In this document: piece by piece, positions 7,924 through 17,953 of the stretch
How positions within the stretch are numbered: the stretch's first letter is position 1
Layout of the letters: the number at the start of each line of letters is the position of its first letter
From: Terracidiphilus sp.
GTDB lineage: Bacteria; Acidobacteriota; Terriglobia; Terriglobales; Acidobacteriaceae
Direction of reading: 5' to 3'
DNA length: 39,245 nucleotides
Assembly (NCBI GenBank): GCA_049690595.1
Contig: JBAVMZ010000015.1
Location: 1-39,245, forward strand
The notes under the pieces: model-generated
The model's database searches: none
What the model was told of the DNA's origin: nothing
What the model saw: the letters and a program-made list of their open reading frames with translations, nothing else
Translations under genes and position numbers: made by a program

Positions 7924-8937
7924 ATGGGAATTGTGTGGTTCGATCGACCCGGGTTGAGCGATGCTCGCCAACTGATAGAGTCCCAGGGGTTGCGATTCGA
8001 GCCTCAATTCGACGATCTGGTTGGCCTCTTCGAGATGGGCCAGTTGGTGGCCTGCGGCGCGCGGAGCGGGTACGTCCTCAAGATGCTGGCCATCGCACCC
8101 TCGCATCAGGGCACGGACGCCCTGGGCACTCTCGTGACCGAGTTGATTCTTTCGGCCCTCTCCGCGGGACACGACACAGTGTTTGTCTTCACCCAGCCCC
8201 GGAACGCGGGCAGCTTCGAGGCGCTGAACTTCCGTCTGCTGGTCACGCACGGCGACGTTGCCCTGCTGGAGCATGGGCCGGGTCTGAAGAACTACCTGGC
8301 CAGCCATGCCTCCGTGGTCACCGAGGGCCGGAACGGCGCGGCGGTCGTCAACGGCAATCCCTTTACCCTCGGCCATCTTTACCTGGTGGAACAGGCGGCC
8401 CGGCAAGTGGACCGGCTTTACCTCTTTGTGGTGCGCGAGGACAGGTCGGTATTCCCTTTCGACGTCAGATTCCGCCTGGCGGAGGAGGCGACGGGGCATC
8501 TTCCGAACGTGACCGTTCTGGACACCTCCCGCTACGCGGTGAGCGCCGGGACCTTTCCCAACTACTTCCTGAAGCGTCTCGACGAGGCCGCGCCGGCGCA
8601 GATGCGGATCGATGTGCGCCTTTTTGCCGAGCGCATCGCCCCCAGCTTCCATGTGGCCAGCCGGTTTGCCGGCCAGGAGCCCCTATGCCCGGCCACTGCG
8701 GCTTACAACCAGATCATGGCCGAGGTGCTTCCGGCGCATGGCATTCAGTTTGTGGAGCTGCCGCGCATCCAGGCCGGGGGCTTGCCGATCTGCGCAACCC
8801 GCGTGCGCCAGGCCTTTGCCGCCAGCGACTTCGACACGCTCGGGGAGCTGGTTCCACCGGCCACGCTCAGGTTCTTACAGTCGCCGCCCGCCCATGCCAT
8901 TGCCGAGCGGCTCCGCACCCAGAGAGAGGAAGCCTAG
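7924..8937 (+). CDS. citC: [citrate (pro-3S)-lyase] ligase
   Basis: GNAT-like N-terminus, NGNPFTLGHLYLVE, LFVVRED, SAGTFPNYF; first gene of the cit cluster. Confidence 0.9.
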   Translation: MGIVWFDRPGLSDARQLIESQGLRFEPQFDDLVGLFEMGQLVACGARSGYVLKMLAIAPSHQGTDALGTLVTELILSALSAGHDTVFVFTQPRNAGSFEALNFRLLVTHGDVALLEHGPGLKNYLASHASVVTEGRNGAAVVNGNPFTLGHLYLVEQAARQVDRLYLFVVREDRSVFPFDVRFRLAEEATGHLPNVTVLDTSRYAVSAGTFPNYFLKRLDEAAPAQMRIDVRLFAERIAPSFHVASRFAGQEPLCPATAAYNQIMAEVLPAHGIQFVELPRIQAGGLPICATRVRQAFAASDFDTLGELVPPATLRFLQSPPAHAIAERLRTQREEA

Positions 8938-8940
8938 CCC

Positions 8941-9204
8941 ATGCAAATCAAGTGCAAAGCCAGCGCAGGGACGATGCAATCCAGCGACCTGATGGTCGTC
9001 GTGGAGCCCAGCGACACCCTGCAGGTCGAAATCGAATCCACGGTGAAGAAGCAATACGAACACCTGATTCGCGCCCGCATCTCTTCGGTCCTGGAAGAAC
9101 TCGGAGTCGACGCGGGCCGCATCCAGGTCTCGGATCGCGGCGCGCTCGATTACGCCATCGCCGCCAGGATCGAAACCGCGGTCCGCAGAGCGGCAGGAGA
9201 GTGA
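8941..9204 (+). CDS. citD: Citrate lyase acyl carrier protein (gamma subunit)
   Basis: AGTMQSSD with Ser14 prosthetic-group site, DRGALD...ARIETA; 87 aa. Confidence 0.95.
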   Translation: MQIKCKASAGTMQSSDLMVVVEPSDTLQVEIESTVKKQYEHLIRARISSVLEELGVDAGRIQVSDRGALDYAIAARIETAVRRAAGE

Positions 9205-9206
9205 TT

Positions 9207-9680
9207 ATGGAAAAACTCTGGTACCGGGAATGCACCACCGGACGGCGATTCATCATCAAGATCAACCCGGGCGCCCGGATCGTCGAGGCCCTGCTGGATT
9301 TTGCGCGCGCCAGGGAGCTTCCGTTCGCCTCGCTGGTTTCGGCCATCGGCTCGGTGCGCGACGTGGAATTCACAGGCATCCAGGCGGGCGCCCACCTGCC
9401 CATGACCGACGCCCGGATCAAGACCAACCGGCTGGAGGGACCGCTTGAATTGATGGCTCTGGAAGGCAACATCGCTCCCGACGCCAACAAGCAGCTCGCT
9501 GGGCTGTTCCATATCCTCGGGTCCAAATCGAACGGCGAGGTGGTGGGCGGACATCTGGTGGAAGCGGAAGTCTTCGCCACCTGCGAAATCGTACTGGCCG
9601 AGTATCTTGTCCAGGGCATCGAGCATTACCACTCCTCGTCTACCGGAGTGGACACCCTTTACATCGAGGAACAGTGGTGA
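9207..9680 (+). CDS. PPC/DUF296-domain protein (157 aa)
   Basis: C-terminal part of track ORF 7887-9680. ATG 9207 follows GGAG and lies 2 nt after the citD stop. Motifs PG..IVEAL, SAIGSV, GPLELMALEGNI, VVGGHL..AEVFATCEIV. Confidence 0.8.
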   Translation: MEKLWYRECTTGRRFIIKINPGARIVEALLDFARARELPFASLVSAIGSVRDVEFTGIQAGAHLPMTDARIKTNRLEGPLELMALEGNIAPDANKQLAGLFHILGSKSNGEVVGGHLVEAEVFATCEIVLAEYLVQGIEHYHSSSTGVDTLYIEEQW

Positions 9681-9687
9681 TTCTCCC

Positions 9688-10611
9688 ATGAACGTAAAAA
9701 CGCAATTGCGTCGATCGCTGCTTTATGTGCCGGGAAACATGCCGGGCATGCTGCAAAATATCCCGGTCTTCGAGGCCGACGGCGTCCTGATCGACCTGGA
9801 AGATGCCGTTCCGCTGGCGGAGAAGGATGGCGCGCGGCTGCTGGTACGGAACTTCCTGCGCTTCTACCAGGACCGGAACAAAGAGATGTTCGTGCGCATC
9901 AACGGGCTCGACACGCCCTTTGCCGCGGACGACCTGCGGGAGGTTCTGCCCGCGCTCCCCGATGGCATTCGACTGCCCAAGGCCGACGATCCCGAATTGG
10001 TCGAGCGGCTGGATACGATGCTCACCGAGCAGGAAGAGAAGCTGGGCCTCGACATCGGCCACTTCAAGATTATTCCCTCCATCGAAAACGCCGAGGGTGT
10101 GCTCAATTGCGTGCGGACGGCGCGGGCTTCTTCGCGCATCGTGGCGCTGGCCTTTGGCGCGGAGGACTACACCGCGTCGATGGAGATACATCGCACGAAG
10201 ACCGGCGAAGAACTGCTCATGGCCCGCACCAGGGTGGTTTGGGCCGCCAAGGCCGCCGGGGTGCAGGCCATCGACACCATCTTCTCGGATGTGAACGATA
10301 TGGAGGGCTTGCGCGCGGAGACGGTGCGAGTGAAGACTCTGGGCTTCACCGGCAAGTCGCTGATCAATCCCCGGCAGACCGAGGTCGTCCACGACGTCTT
10401 CCGTCCCACCGCGGATGAAATCCGCAACGCTCTCGAAGTGATGGAGGCCATCAAACGGGCGCGGGAGATGGGTACGGGCGTCATCTCCATGAAAGGCAAG
10501 ATGGTCGATGCCCCGGTGGTCGCGCGCGCGGTCAGGACACTGCGCGAAGGGATGGCTTTCGGCATGGTGGAATACGACCTATCGGATGAGGTGATCCATG
10601 GCAAGAAATAG
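9688..10611 (+). CDS. citE: Citrate lyase beta subunit (citryl-ACP lyase)
   Basis: RRSLLYVPGN, IDLEDAV, VRIN, GAEDYT, GFTGKSLINPRQ, GKMVDAPVV. Confidence 0.92.
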   Translation: MNVKTQLRRSLLYVPGNMPGMLQNIPVFEADGVLIDLEDAVPLAEKDGARLLVRNFLRFYQDRNKEMFVRINGLDTPFAADDLREVLPALPDGIRLPKADDPELVERLDTMLTEQEEKLGLDIGHFKIIPSIENAEGVLNCVRTARASSRIVALAFGAEDYTASMEIHRTKTGEELLMARTRVVWAAKAAGVQAIDTIFSDVNDMEGLRAETVRVKTLGFTGKSLINPRQTEVVHDVFRPTADEIRNALEVMEAIKRAREMGTGVISMKGKMVDAPVVARAVRTLREGMAFGMVEYDLSDEVIHGKK

Positions 10612-12136
10612 TCTTGGCCGGGAGATTCCGGCTACCTGGCGTGGGCATGCGCTTGCCCCCTATCTCGACCCATGGAGCCGCCAGCCCGGAATGCTCCGGG
10701 CCACTCGCCCCCTGGTGCGCTGCCACCCCGGCGAAAGCAAGCTGTTGCCCTCGCTCCGCGCCGCCATCGAGAGGTCCGGGCTGCGAGACGGCATGAACAT
10801 CTCAACCCACCATGCCCTGCGCAACGGCGATCTGCTGCTGAACCTGTTGGTCAAGGAATTGGATGCCATGGGCCTGCGCGATATCGGCATCGCCTCCAGT
10901 TCCGTCCATGCGGTGAATGCGGAGATCATTCCCTTCATCCGCAAAGGTGTCATCACCCGGATCGAGACCGGAGTGAACGGCCTGATTGGCGAGTTGGTCA
11001 GCAAGGGCGAACTGGACTGCCCCATCGTGGTGCGCAGTCACGGGGGACGGGCGCGCTCCCTGGCCACGGGCGAGGTCGAGGTCGATGCCGCCTTCCTCGC
11101 GGCGCCCTGTTGCGATGTCACCGGAAACCTGAACGGGGTCTATGGGCCTTCAGCCTGCGGTTCCCTCGGCTATGCCCATACCGACGCCCGCTATGCCAAG
11201 AAGGTCATCGCGGTCACCGACAACCTGGTTCGATTCCCCGCCTCGCCGATCAGCATCTCCCAGAGCGAGGTCGATTACGTGGTCCAGATCGAATCCCTCG
11301 GGGATCCGGGCAAGATCGTCTCGACGACCACCCGTCTGGCCCGCGACCCGGCGGCGCTGCTCATCGCGAAATACGCATCCGAGGTGATCGAGGCCTCGGG
11401 ACTGCTCAAGGATGGCTTCTCCTTCCAAACCGGCTCCGGCGGCACTTCGCTTGCGGTGGCCGATCTGGTTCACCGCAAGATGGCCGCGGGGAAGATCAAG
11501 GGCAGCTTCGGTTGCGGAGGCATCACCGGCTATTTCGTCGAGATGCTGGAACAGGGCTACTTCGAAACGCTCCTGGATGTTCAGTGCTTCGACTTGAAGG
11601 CCGTGGAGTCGCTGCGCCGCAACCCAGGGCACCGCGAGATCAGCGCCAGTCTCTACGCCAATCCCTTCAACCGGGGAGAAGTGGTCAACATGCTCGACTG
11701 CGTGATTCTGGGCGCCACGGAAGTGGACGTGGACTTCAACGTGAACGTGAACACCGAGTCCAGCGGCTACCTGCTGCACAACACAGGAGGCCATTCCGAC
11801 ACGGCGGCGGGCGCAAAACTGGCCATCGTTGTGGCGCCCTCCATGCGCGGAAGGCTCCCCATCGTCCGGGAAGAGGTAACCACCGTCACGACGCCTGGAG
11901 AGACCGTGGATGTCATCGTCACGGAACGCGGCATCTGCGTGGCCGACAAGCATGAAGACCTCAAGAAGGAATTGCTGCGCCGCAAGCTGCCGCTCAAGGA
12001 CATTCGCCAGTTTCGCAGGGAGATCACCCAGATGACCGGCGAACCGAGACCGGTCGAGTTCGAGGACAAGGTGGTGGCCCTGATCGAATACCGCGACGGT
12101 TCCATCATCGATGTGGTCCGAAAGGTCCGCGAATGA
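10598..12136 (+). CDS. citF: Citrate lyase alpha subunit (citrate-ACP transferase)
   Basis: STHHALRNGD, RSHGGR, ACGSLGYA, FQTGSGG, GGHSDTAAG, TTPGETVDVIVTERG, EYRDGSIID; overlaps the citE end. Confidence 0.95.
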   Translation: MARNSLGREIPATWRGHALAPYLDPWSRQPGMLRATRPLVRCHPGESKLLPSLRAAIERSGLRDGMNISTHHALRNGDLLLNLLVKELDAMGLRDIGIASSSVHAVNAEIIPFIRKGVITRIETGVNGLIGELVSKGELDCPIVVRSHGGRARSLATGEVEVDAAFLAAPCCDVTGNLNGVYGPSACGSLGYAHTDARYAKKVIAVTDNLVRFPASPISISQSEVDYVVQIESLGDPGKIVSTTTRLARDPAALLIAKYASEVIEASGLLKDGFSFQTGSGGTSLAVADLVHRKMAAGKIKGSFGCGGITGYFVEMLEQGYFETLLDVQCFDLKAVESLRRNPGHREISASLYANPFNRGEVVNMLDCVILGATEVDVDFNVNVNTESSGYLLHNTGGHSDTAAGAKLAIVVAPSMRGRLPIVREEVTTVTTPGETVDVIVTERGICVADKHEDLKKELLRRKLPLKDIRQFRREITQMTGEPRPVEFEDKVVALIEYRDGSIIDVVRKVRE

Positions 12137-13434
12137 CCTGGAGGCTGGACTTCCTCGAGGCACGGGACCGTCGTCAGCAGGAACTGAACCGCACGCTGGA
12201 GCAGGATCTTCCGGAAGACGCCGCCTCGGTGCTGCTGATCGGCGCCAATATTCCCGGTCCCGGCAAGCTTCGCCCTGGCGTTTCCGGCCTTCTGCGCTCG
12301 GCGCTGGACTCTCTGCGGCGGAACGCCGCGCTGAACCTGCTCCACTCAGGAACGGACCTCCTCGGTCCCTTCCACATCGCTTCATCCCGGCAGCCGCCCC
12401 GTGCCGTCAAGAGAGCCGCCGTCGCCATCGAGACCGCAAACCCCTCCGCGCGCCTTCTGGATGTCGATGTGTACCGTCCCGACGGTTCCGCCTTCGACCG
12501 CGCCGCCGCCGGCCTTCCTCCCCGAAGCTGCCTGGTCTGCGCGGAACCCGCGCGCGAGTGCATCCTGCTGCGCCGTCACTCCGATGCCGAGCTCCTTGAG
12601 CAGGTCGATACGCTTCTGCGGCCGTTCGCATCGCTCCCCCAACGCATTCCCCCGGAGGCTCTCGCGGTCAACCTGCGGCTGGGAGCCCTGCGCGAATTGG
12701 ACCTGACCCCCAAACCCGGGCTGGTTGACCGCCGCGACAACGGCTCCCACCCGGATCTGTCTTACCGGGAGATGCGCGCCTCCGCCGAACTGCTGCCGCT
12801 CTACTTCGGAAGGCTCCTCGAGTGCCACCGGGAACGGCGCCCGCTGGCGGACTTCGTGCAGGCGGGGATCGATGCCGGGGAGCGGATGGTCCGGGAGATC
12901 CGATCCAATGCCCACAAGGGCTATATCTTCCTGTCGGGTCTGGTGCTCATGGCGGCATGTGCATGCGACGGGCAAACCGGGCTTCTGCGTCCGGCAATCG
13001 CGAAGATCGCCCGCGAGTTCTTCGCCGGCATGGAGCCCCAGGGGTCTCATGGTGCGGACATCCGGGGCCGCCATGGGCTGGGCGGCATCCGGGCGGAAGC
13101 CGAGCAGGGTCTGCCCGCCGTCTTCGAAGTTGGATGGCCCAGGTATCGTGAAGCCCTGGAGGCGGGATGGAGCCAGGAGCACGCCAGCTTCTATCTCATG
13201 GCGGTGCTGATGCGGCAGGTGGAGGACACGACGGCCATTCACCGCTGCGGGCTCGAAGGCCTGTCGCGCCTGCGCCAGGATGGCGCCCGCCTGCAAAGGC
13301 TGCTGGAAAAACAGCAGGAGCCGGAGCCGATGCTGGCCGCTCTCAACCTGGATTACCGAAGGCTGGGCCTGACCATGGGCGGCGTGGCGGATTGCATGGC
13401 TCTGACGTTTGCCCTGCAGGAATCCGCCGATTGA
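12133..13434 (+). CDS. citXG: Fused CitX (holo-ACP synthase)-CitG (triphosphoribosyl-dephospho-CoA synthase)
   Basis: N-terminal LEARDRR, NIPGPGK, RLLDVDV, RSCLVC...C...RRH (CitX); C-terminal TPKPGLVD, NAHKG, GIRAEA, DTTAIHRCG, GGVAD (CitG). ATGA overlap with citF. Confidence 0.9.
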   Translation: MTWRLDFLEARDRRQQELNRTLEQDLPEDAASVLLIGANIPGPGKLRPGVSGLLRSALDSLRRNAALNLLHSGTDLLGPFHIASSRQPPRAVKRAAVAIETANPSARLLDVDVYRPDGSAFDRAAAGLPPRSCLVCAEPARECILLRRHSDAELLEQVDTLLRPFASLPQRIPPEALAVNLRLGALRELDLTPKPGLVDRRDNGSHPDLSYREMRASAELLPLYFGRLLECHRERRPLADFVQAGIDAGERMVREIRSNAHKGYIFLSGLVLMAACACDGQTGLLRPAIAKIAREFFAGMEPQGSHGADIRGRHGLGGIRAEAEQGLPAVFEVGWPRYREALEAGWSQEHASFYLMAVLMRQVEDTTAIHRCGLEGLSRLRQDGARLQRLLEKQQEPEPMLAALNLDYRRLGLTMGGVADCMALTFALQESAD

Positions 13435-13548
13435 ACTGGTTCCAGAATAGCTGTACCCCGGAAGCAACGCCCTCAACTGGCATTTTCCCTTAAGAAAATG
13501 CCACCTTGCACGATGCAGCAAGGGCACGTAAATTCTGGAACCGGTCTA
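13432..13548 (+). mobile_element. MITE copy 3 (left end overlaps citXG stop codon)
   Basis: TGAACTGGTTCCAGAATAGCTGTACCCCGGAAGC...ATTCTGGAACCGGTCTA; 117 bp. Confidence 0.85.
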
Positions 13549-13845
13549 GGGCCAGTGCCTGGCCGCCTTTGCCGAGGGCCGGCGATTTGGCGAAAACCGG
13601 GAAACCCAACAGGCGACATGGGCGTTCGCCGCTACGGAACCGGCCGGCAAAAAAGAGAGGAAATCCACAGGCCAGGCGAAGCGGAAAACCAGCCAACTCG
13701 CTGTGTTAGAATCCCTTGAAAATGTCCGACACCTGCGATTCGGCCTTTAGTTGAGTGGACGTTCGACCGGCCACCGGTCGGAGTCTCAGGATCTGAAGCA
13801 GCCGAAGCAAGAAAAAGTCAGACGATCTGTCGAAGGGGGCTCACG

Positions 13846-16800
13846 GTGAAATACTCGATGGTAGGCACGAAGTGTCCGGGACTGATGAGATGGTCAGCCG
13901 GAACAACGCTCCACAAGTTACTGCTTCTTTTGGTTGTCGGCGTTCTGGCGCAGATGATTTCGCCGGCCATTTATGGCCAGGCTATTGGAAGTTTCTCAGG
14001 CAATGTTCTCGATAAATCCGGATCGGCGATTCCCGGAGCTGTCGTCACCGCAACATCTCAAGGAACCGGCCTGACTCGAGACGGAAAGACAGACAGCGTC
14101 GGACACTATCTGATTCCTCTGCTCCCTGTCGGGACCTACACCGTGCGCGTCGATGCGGCGGGCTTTCAAAGCGCTATGTCCAAAGATCTGAAACTGCAGA
14201 TCGACGAAGCCCGGGAACTCGATTTTTCGCTCGTACCCGCCACTGTCGTCACCACGGTAGCGGTAACCGGGGACGCCGTAGCCGTGGAGACAGCCAATCC
14301 ATCGCTGGGCCAGGTCATCACCTCGCAGGAGGTATCGCAGCTCCCCTTGAATGGCCGCGATTTCGTTCAGCTCGCCACGCTCACCGCCGGCGCCACGGCA
14401 GAGACCAACCCCAACAGCTTCTTCACCTCCGGCACGGACAGCGAGGTGGCGACACGCGGTTCGTTCTCGTTGTCGGTCGGCGGCTCGCGCCCGAACAGCA
14501 CGGACTGGCTGCTGGATGGAGCCGACAATAACGAACTGACCGCAGGTGGCATCGGCGTCTTTTCTTCGATCGACGACATTCAGGAATTCAAGGTTCTCAC
14601 CTACACCTACTCGGCCGAATACGGCACGCGCGCGGGACCGACCGTGCTGGTCACCACCAAATCCGGGTCCAACGACTTTCACGGCTCTCTCTTCGAATTC
14701 GTGCGCAACACCAATCTCGATGCCAAGAGCTATTTTGCCCAGAAGGCGGAGAAGTTCAACCTGAACCAGTTTGGCGGATCGGTGGGCGGACCGATCAAGA
14801 AGAATAAAACCTTCTTCTTCGTCGATGGCGAGCAAAAGTATCAGCGCCACGGCATCGCTTATGAGGGCTTGGTGCCATCGCTGGCCATGCGCGGCGGGGA
14901 TTTCTCGGCCGATCCGTTTGGCAATGCTCTCTCCGGGCTGCAAATCGTGAACCCGAACATGATCGGCGCGTCCACGGATCCGAAGGCTTTTCCAAATGTC
15001 TACTTCCAGTGCGACGGATCGGGCAATCCTCTGCCTGCCAATGCCGATGGAAGCCAGGCCCAGGGAACGCCGTGCAACAAGATCCCATCCAATCTGATCA
15101 ACAACATCGGCCAGGCGATGATGAACATCTACCCAAAGCCGAACATCAACGCCGGCAACGCCAATGCCAGCTACAACTACATCAATCAGCCCGTGCGCAG
15201 CCTGGACGAAACGAAGTTCGATGCTCGCCTGGACCACACCATTTCCAACAACGACAATCTCTTTGGCCGCTTCAGCTACGACCAGGCATTCTCCTTTGTG
15301 CCCGGCGGCGGTCCCGGACTTGCCGAGTCCAACGCCTTCGGCAGCAATGAGCGCATTATCAACCACGCGCGCAACTTCGCCATCGGCGAGACCCATGTGT
15401 TCTCCGCCACGTTCGTCAACCAGGCGACTGTTGGCTACAACCGCATCTTTGACTACATCGCCTCGCAGGGATCGGGAACCTGCGCTTCGGCTACCCTCGT
15501 GCCCGGCGGCATTCCCAACGCCAACCTCGGATGCCCCACCGGCTCCTCCAAGTGCGCACCCGGGTCCTATAGCTGCGGATTGGTTTCGACCATTGTCTCA
15601 GGCGGCTATTGGGCCATCGGCGATCGCGGCTACTCTCCGTTCCAGGGCGGAACGAACATTTACTCTTTCAAGGATTCGCTCGACATCATCCGCCACAAGC
15701 ATGAAATCAAGGTGGGATTCGACTTCCGCGCCAATCAGATGAATGTGGGCACCGAGGCTTTCCAGGACGGCTTCTGGATCATCGGCAACGGCGGAAACTT
15801 CACCGGCCTCAACGGCGCGAACATTGGGGGCAACCCCGAGGCCGATTTCCTGCTCGGCCTCACCGGCCTGGCCATCCACGACCAGACGTACGACGGCGCC
15901 GTCTCCGGGCGCCGCTGGAAGATCTACCGGCCCTTCGCGGAGGATCAATGGAGGATCACGCCGTCTCTTACCCTCGATCTTGGCGTGGCCTACGGGATGA
16001 CGACTCCGATCAGCGAGACGCACGGGCGCCTGGCCAACTACGTTCCCGCAACCGGGCAGCTTCTGATTGCCAACAGGAACGGGGTGAGCAAGTCGGCGGG
16101 CGTCAAGATGGATTGGACGACGATCGAGCCGCGCGTTGGCGCCACGTGGAAGGTCCTTGGCAGCGAGAAGACCGTGCTTCGCGCCGGTTTCGCTCTCTAC
16201 CACGACTCCGGCTGGAGCCAGGGTGCGCAGGGTCTGTGGCAGAATCCGCCGTTCCTGGGCGAGTCCGACGCCTTCGCCTCCGCCGGCTGCGCCTTTGCAA
16301 CCTCCTACTGCGCCACCAACCTCGGACAGACGCCTTCGGGCATCAGTCTCTCCAGCGGCTTCCAGGCTATTCCCACGCCGCCCACCGCAGCCAACTTTAC
16401 CGGCACTTTCTTTACCGAGCCCACCGATCTCAAGCTGGGCCGGGTCAAGCAATTCAACGTCAACATCGAGCGCCAGCTGGTCGGCAATCTCGTACTCACC
16501 GGCGGTTATGCCGGCTCACGCGGCACGCACATCCTGGTGGGCGGCAACGATCTCAACACTGGAAGCCCGTCGGCTTGCGGAACAGTTGCTTCCTACACCA
16601 TCGGCTGCCTTCCCGGCGGCAAGCCTTACGTGCCCCCCTATAACACCTACAACACCATCTCGCTCTTCGGCGATGTGGGCAAGACCAACTACGACTCGAT
16701 GCAACTCAAGGCAGAGACCAAGACACCGAAGTACGGTCTCTACGCTCTGGTTGCCTACACCTACTCCAAAACCTACGACAACGGGCTCTCCGACGGCCTG

Positions 16801-17448
16801 GGTTCCGAGCTGAGCGCTCCCTACTTTCCGCTGCCCAACTGGCAGAATCTGGATTGGGCGCTGTCGCAGATCAATCTCGATAACAGCTTTACCGCCAGTG
16901 TGATTTACGATCTGCCCTTCGGTCACGGCAAGCAGTTCGGCAGCAGTTGGAACTCGCTGACCGACACCATCCTCGGCAACTTCCAGGTGACGGTGATCGA
17001 GAGAGTCTCTTCCGGATTCCCCGTCCCCCTGATCGACAGCAACAACCAGGCTGGCAACTTCTTCCAGAACGGCGGCAACGGCAACAACTGGAACCGGCCC
17101 GACCGCGTCGCAGGTTGCGACGTCCAACACGGGGACCACGGCATCGGCAAGTGGCAATGGTTCAACGCTTCCTGCTTCCCTGCGCCCGCCGTCGGCGAGT
17201 TGGGCAATGCCGGGCGCGTCCCGGTCATCGGGCCCGATTTCGTCAACACGGACTTCTCCCTGATCAAACAGATCGCGCTGCCTCGCAAAGAGATGGGGTT
17301 GAACTTCCGTGCCGAGTTCTTCAACCTCTTCAATCACGCGCAGTTCGGCTTGCCGGTGAACGATGTGAGCGCTTCGGGATTCGGCTCGGTGAATTCCACT
17401 GTAAACAACCCTCGCCTCATACAACTGGCGCTCAAGCTGACTTTCTGA
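13846..17448 (+). CDS. TonB-dependent receptor with N-terminal carboxypeptidase-regulatory-like domain
   Basis: Signal peptide, G.VLDKSGSAIPGA.V, LPLNGRDF, IQEFKV..YSAEYG, TKSGSNDFHG, C-terminal FRAEFFNLFNH...PRLIQLALKLTF. GTG start after AAGGGGG. Confidence 0.92.
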   Translation: MKYSMVGTKCPGLMRWSAGTTLHKLLLLLVVGVLAQMISPAIYGQAIGSFSGNVLDKSGSAIPGAVVTATSQGTGLTRDGKTDSVGHYLIPLLPVGTYTVRVDAAGFQSAMSKDLKLQIDEARELDFSLVPATVVTTVAVTGDAVAVETANPSLGQVITSQEVSQLPLNGRDFVQLATLTAGATAETNPNSFFTSGTDSEVATRGSFSLSVGGSRPNSTDWLLDGADNNELTAGGIGVFSSIDDIQEFKVLTYTYSAEYGTRAGPTVLVTTKSGSNDFHGSLFEFVRNTNLDAKSYFAQKAEKFNLNQFGGSVGGPIKKNKTFFFVDGEQKYQRHGIAYEGLVPSLAMRGGDFSADPFGNALSGLQIVNPNMIGASTDPKAFPNVYFQCDGSGNPLPANADGSQAQGTPCNKIPSNLINNIGQAMMNIYPKPNINAGNANASYNYINQPVRSLDETKFDARLDHTISNNDNLFGRFSYDQAFSFVPGGGPGLAESNAFGSNERIINHARNFAIGETHVFSATFVNQATVGYNRIFDYIASQGSGTCASATLVPGGIPNANLGCPTGSSKCAPGSYSCGLVSTIVSGGYWAIGDRGYSPFQGGTNIYSFKDSLDIIRHKHEIKVGFDFRANQMNVGTEAFQDGFWIIGNGGNFTGLNGANIGGNPEADFLLGLTGLAIHDQTYDGAVSGRRWKIYRPFAEDQWRITPSLTLDLGVAYGMTTPISETHGRLANYVPATGQLLIANRNGVSKSAGVKMDWTTIEPRVGATWKVLGSEKTVLRAGFALYHDSGWSQGAQGLWQNPPFLGESDAFASAGCAFATSYCATNLGQTPSGISLSSGFQAIPTPPTAANFTGTFFTEPTDLKLGRVKQFNVNIERQLVGNLVLTGGYAGSRGTHILVGGNDLNTGSPSACGTVASYTIGCLPGGKPYVPPYNTYNTISLFGDVGKTNYDSMQLKAETKTPKYGLYALVAYTYSKTYDNGLSDGLGSELSAPYFPLPNWQNLDWALSQINLDNSFTASVIYDLPFGHGKQFGSSWNSLTDTILGNFQVTVIERVSSGFPVPLIDSNNQAGNFFQNGGNGNNWNRPDRVAGCDVQHGDHGIGKWQWFNASCFPAPAVGELGNAGRVPVIGPDFVNTDFSLIKQIALPRKEMGLNFRAEFFNLFNHAQFGLPVNDVSASGFGSVNSTVNNPRLIQLALKLTF

Positions 17449-17534
17449 GACCGCACGACGCGGGATCAGCGGCCTGGTTGCCGCCGGTCCCGCAAAGACA
17501 ATCCGAGGTCCGGCCAGTGGCGGCCGGCAAAAAT

Positions 17535-17566
17535 TGCGGCCGAAGGAGGTTCATCCTTCGGCCGCA
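17535..17566. terminator. Intrinsic terminator-like hairpin downstream of the receptor gene
   Basis: TGCGGCCGAAGGA-GGTTCA-TCCTTCGGCCGCA perfect 13-bp stem. The A-tract on its left gives a U-tract on the minus strand. Confidence 0.6.
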
Positions 17567-17754
17567 GTCGATTGCGTCAGATTGTCCGGGGCGCCGTATC
17601 GGCAGCCCGTCGTGCCAGTGGTGAGATTCGTTGCAGCCTCATTAAAAGCAGACCACCGCCAGATTCTGGTTTCACTCACAACGACGAATTCCAGGGATTA
17701 CGGACGAAGCTCCTTGCCGTGGAGGAGCCGTGTTGTGAGTGGGACACCAGCTGC

Positions 17755-17870
17755 ATGGCCACGGTGAAATTGTATGCGCGGGTACGCCGGGCAGTTCTGC
17801 TTGAGGGCAGGAACAAGCGGGCGGCAGCCGGAGAGCGAGGGCTGGCGCAAATGCCATCCGCGAAGTGCCC
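17755..17870 (+). pseudogene. Remnant of IS21-family transposase (IstA) N-terminus
   Basis: MATVKLYARVRRAVLLEGRNKRAAAGERGLA, then NAIREV in a shifted frame. Resembles the IstA N-terminal HTH pattern VELYARVRRAV..EG.S.R..A..FG..R.TVRK. Nothing further of the element is seen. Confidence 0.6.
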
Positions 17871-17953
17871 ACGGCGCACTCGCTGGCGTGTGCGCCAGCA
17901 GTATAATTCGTTGAATCCACCGAGTGACATTCGAAGATGTCTGGAGGCTGAAG

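Noticed and set aside
7887..9206. 597-aa ORF 7887-9680 as a single protein
   Set aside because: Its first 440 codons overlap citC/citD in another frame and are low-complexity Arg/Pro/Gly. Only the part from ATG 9207 looks real.
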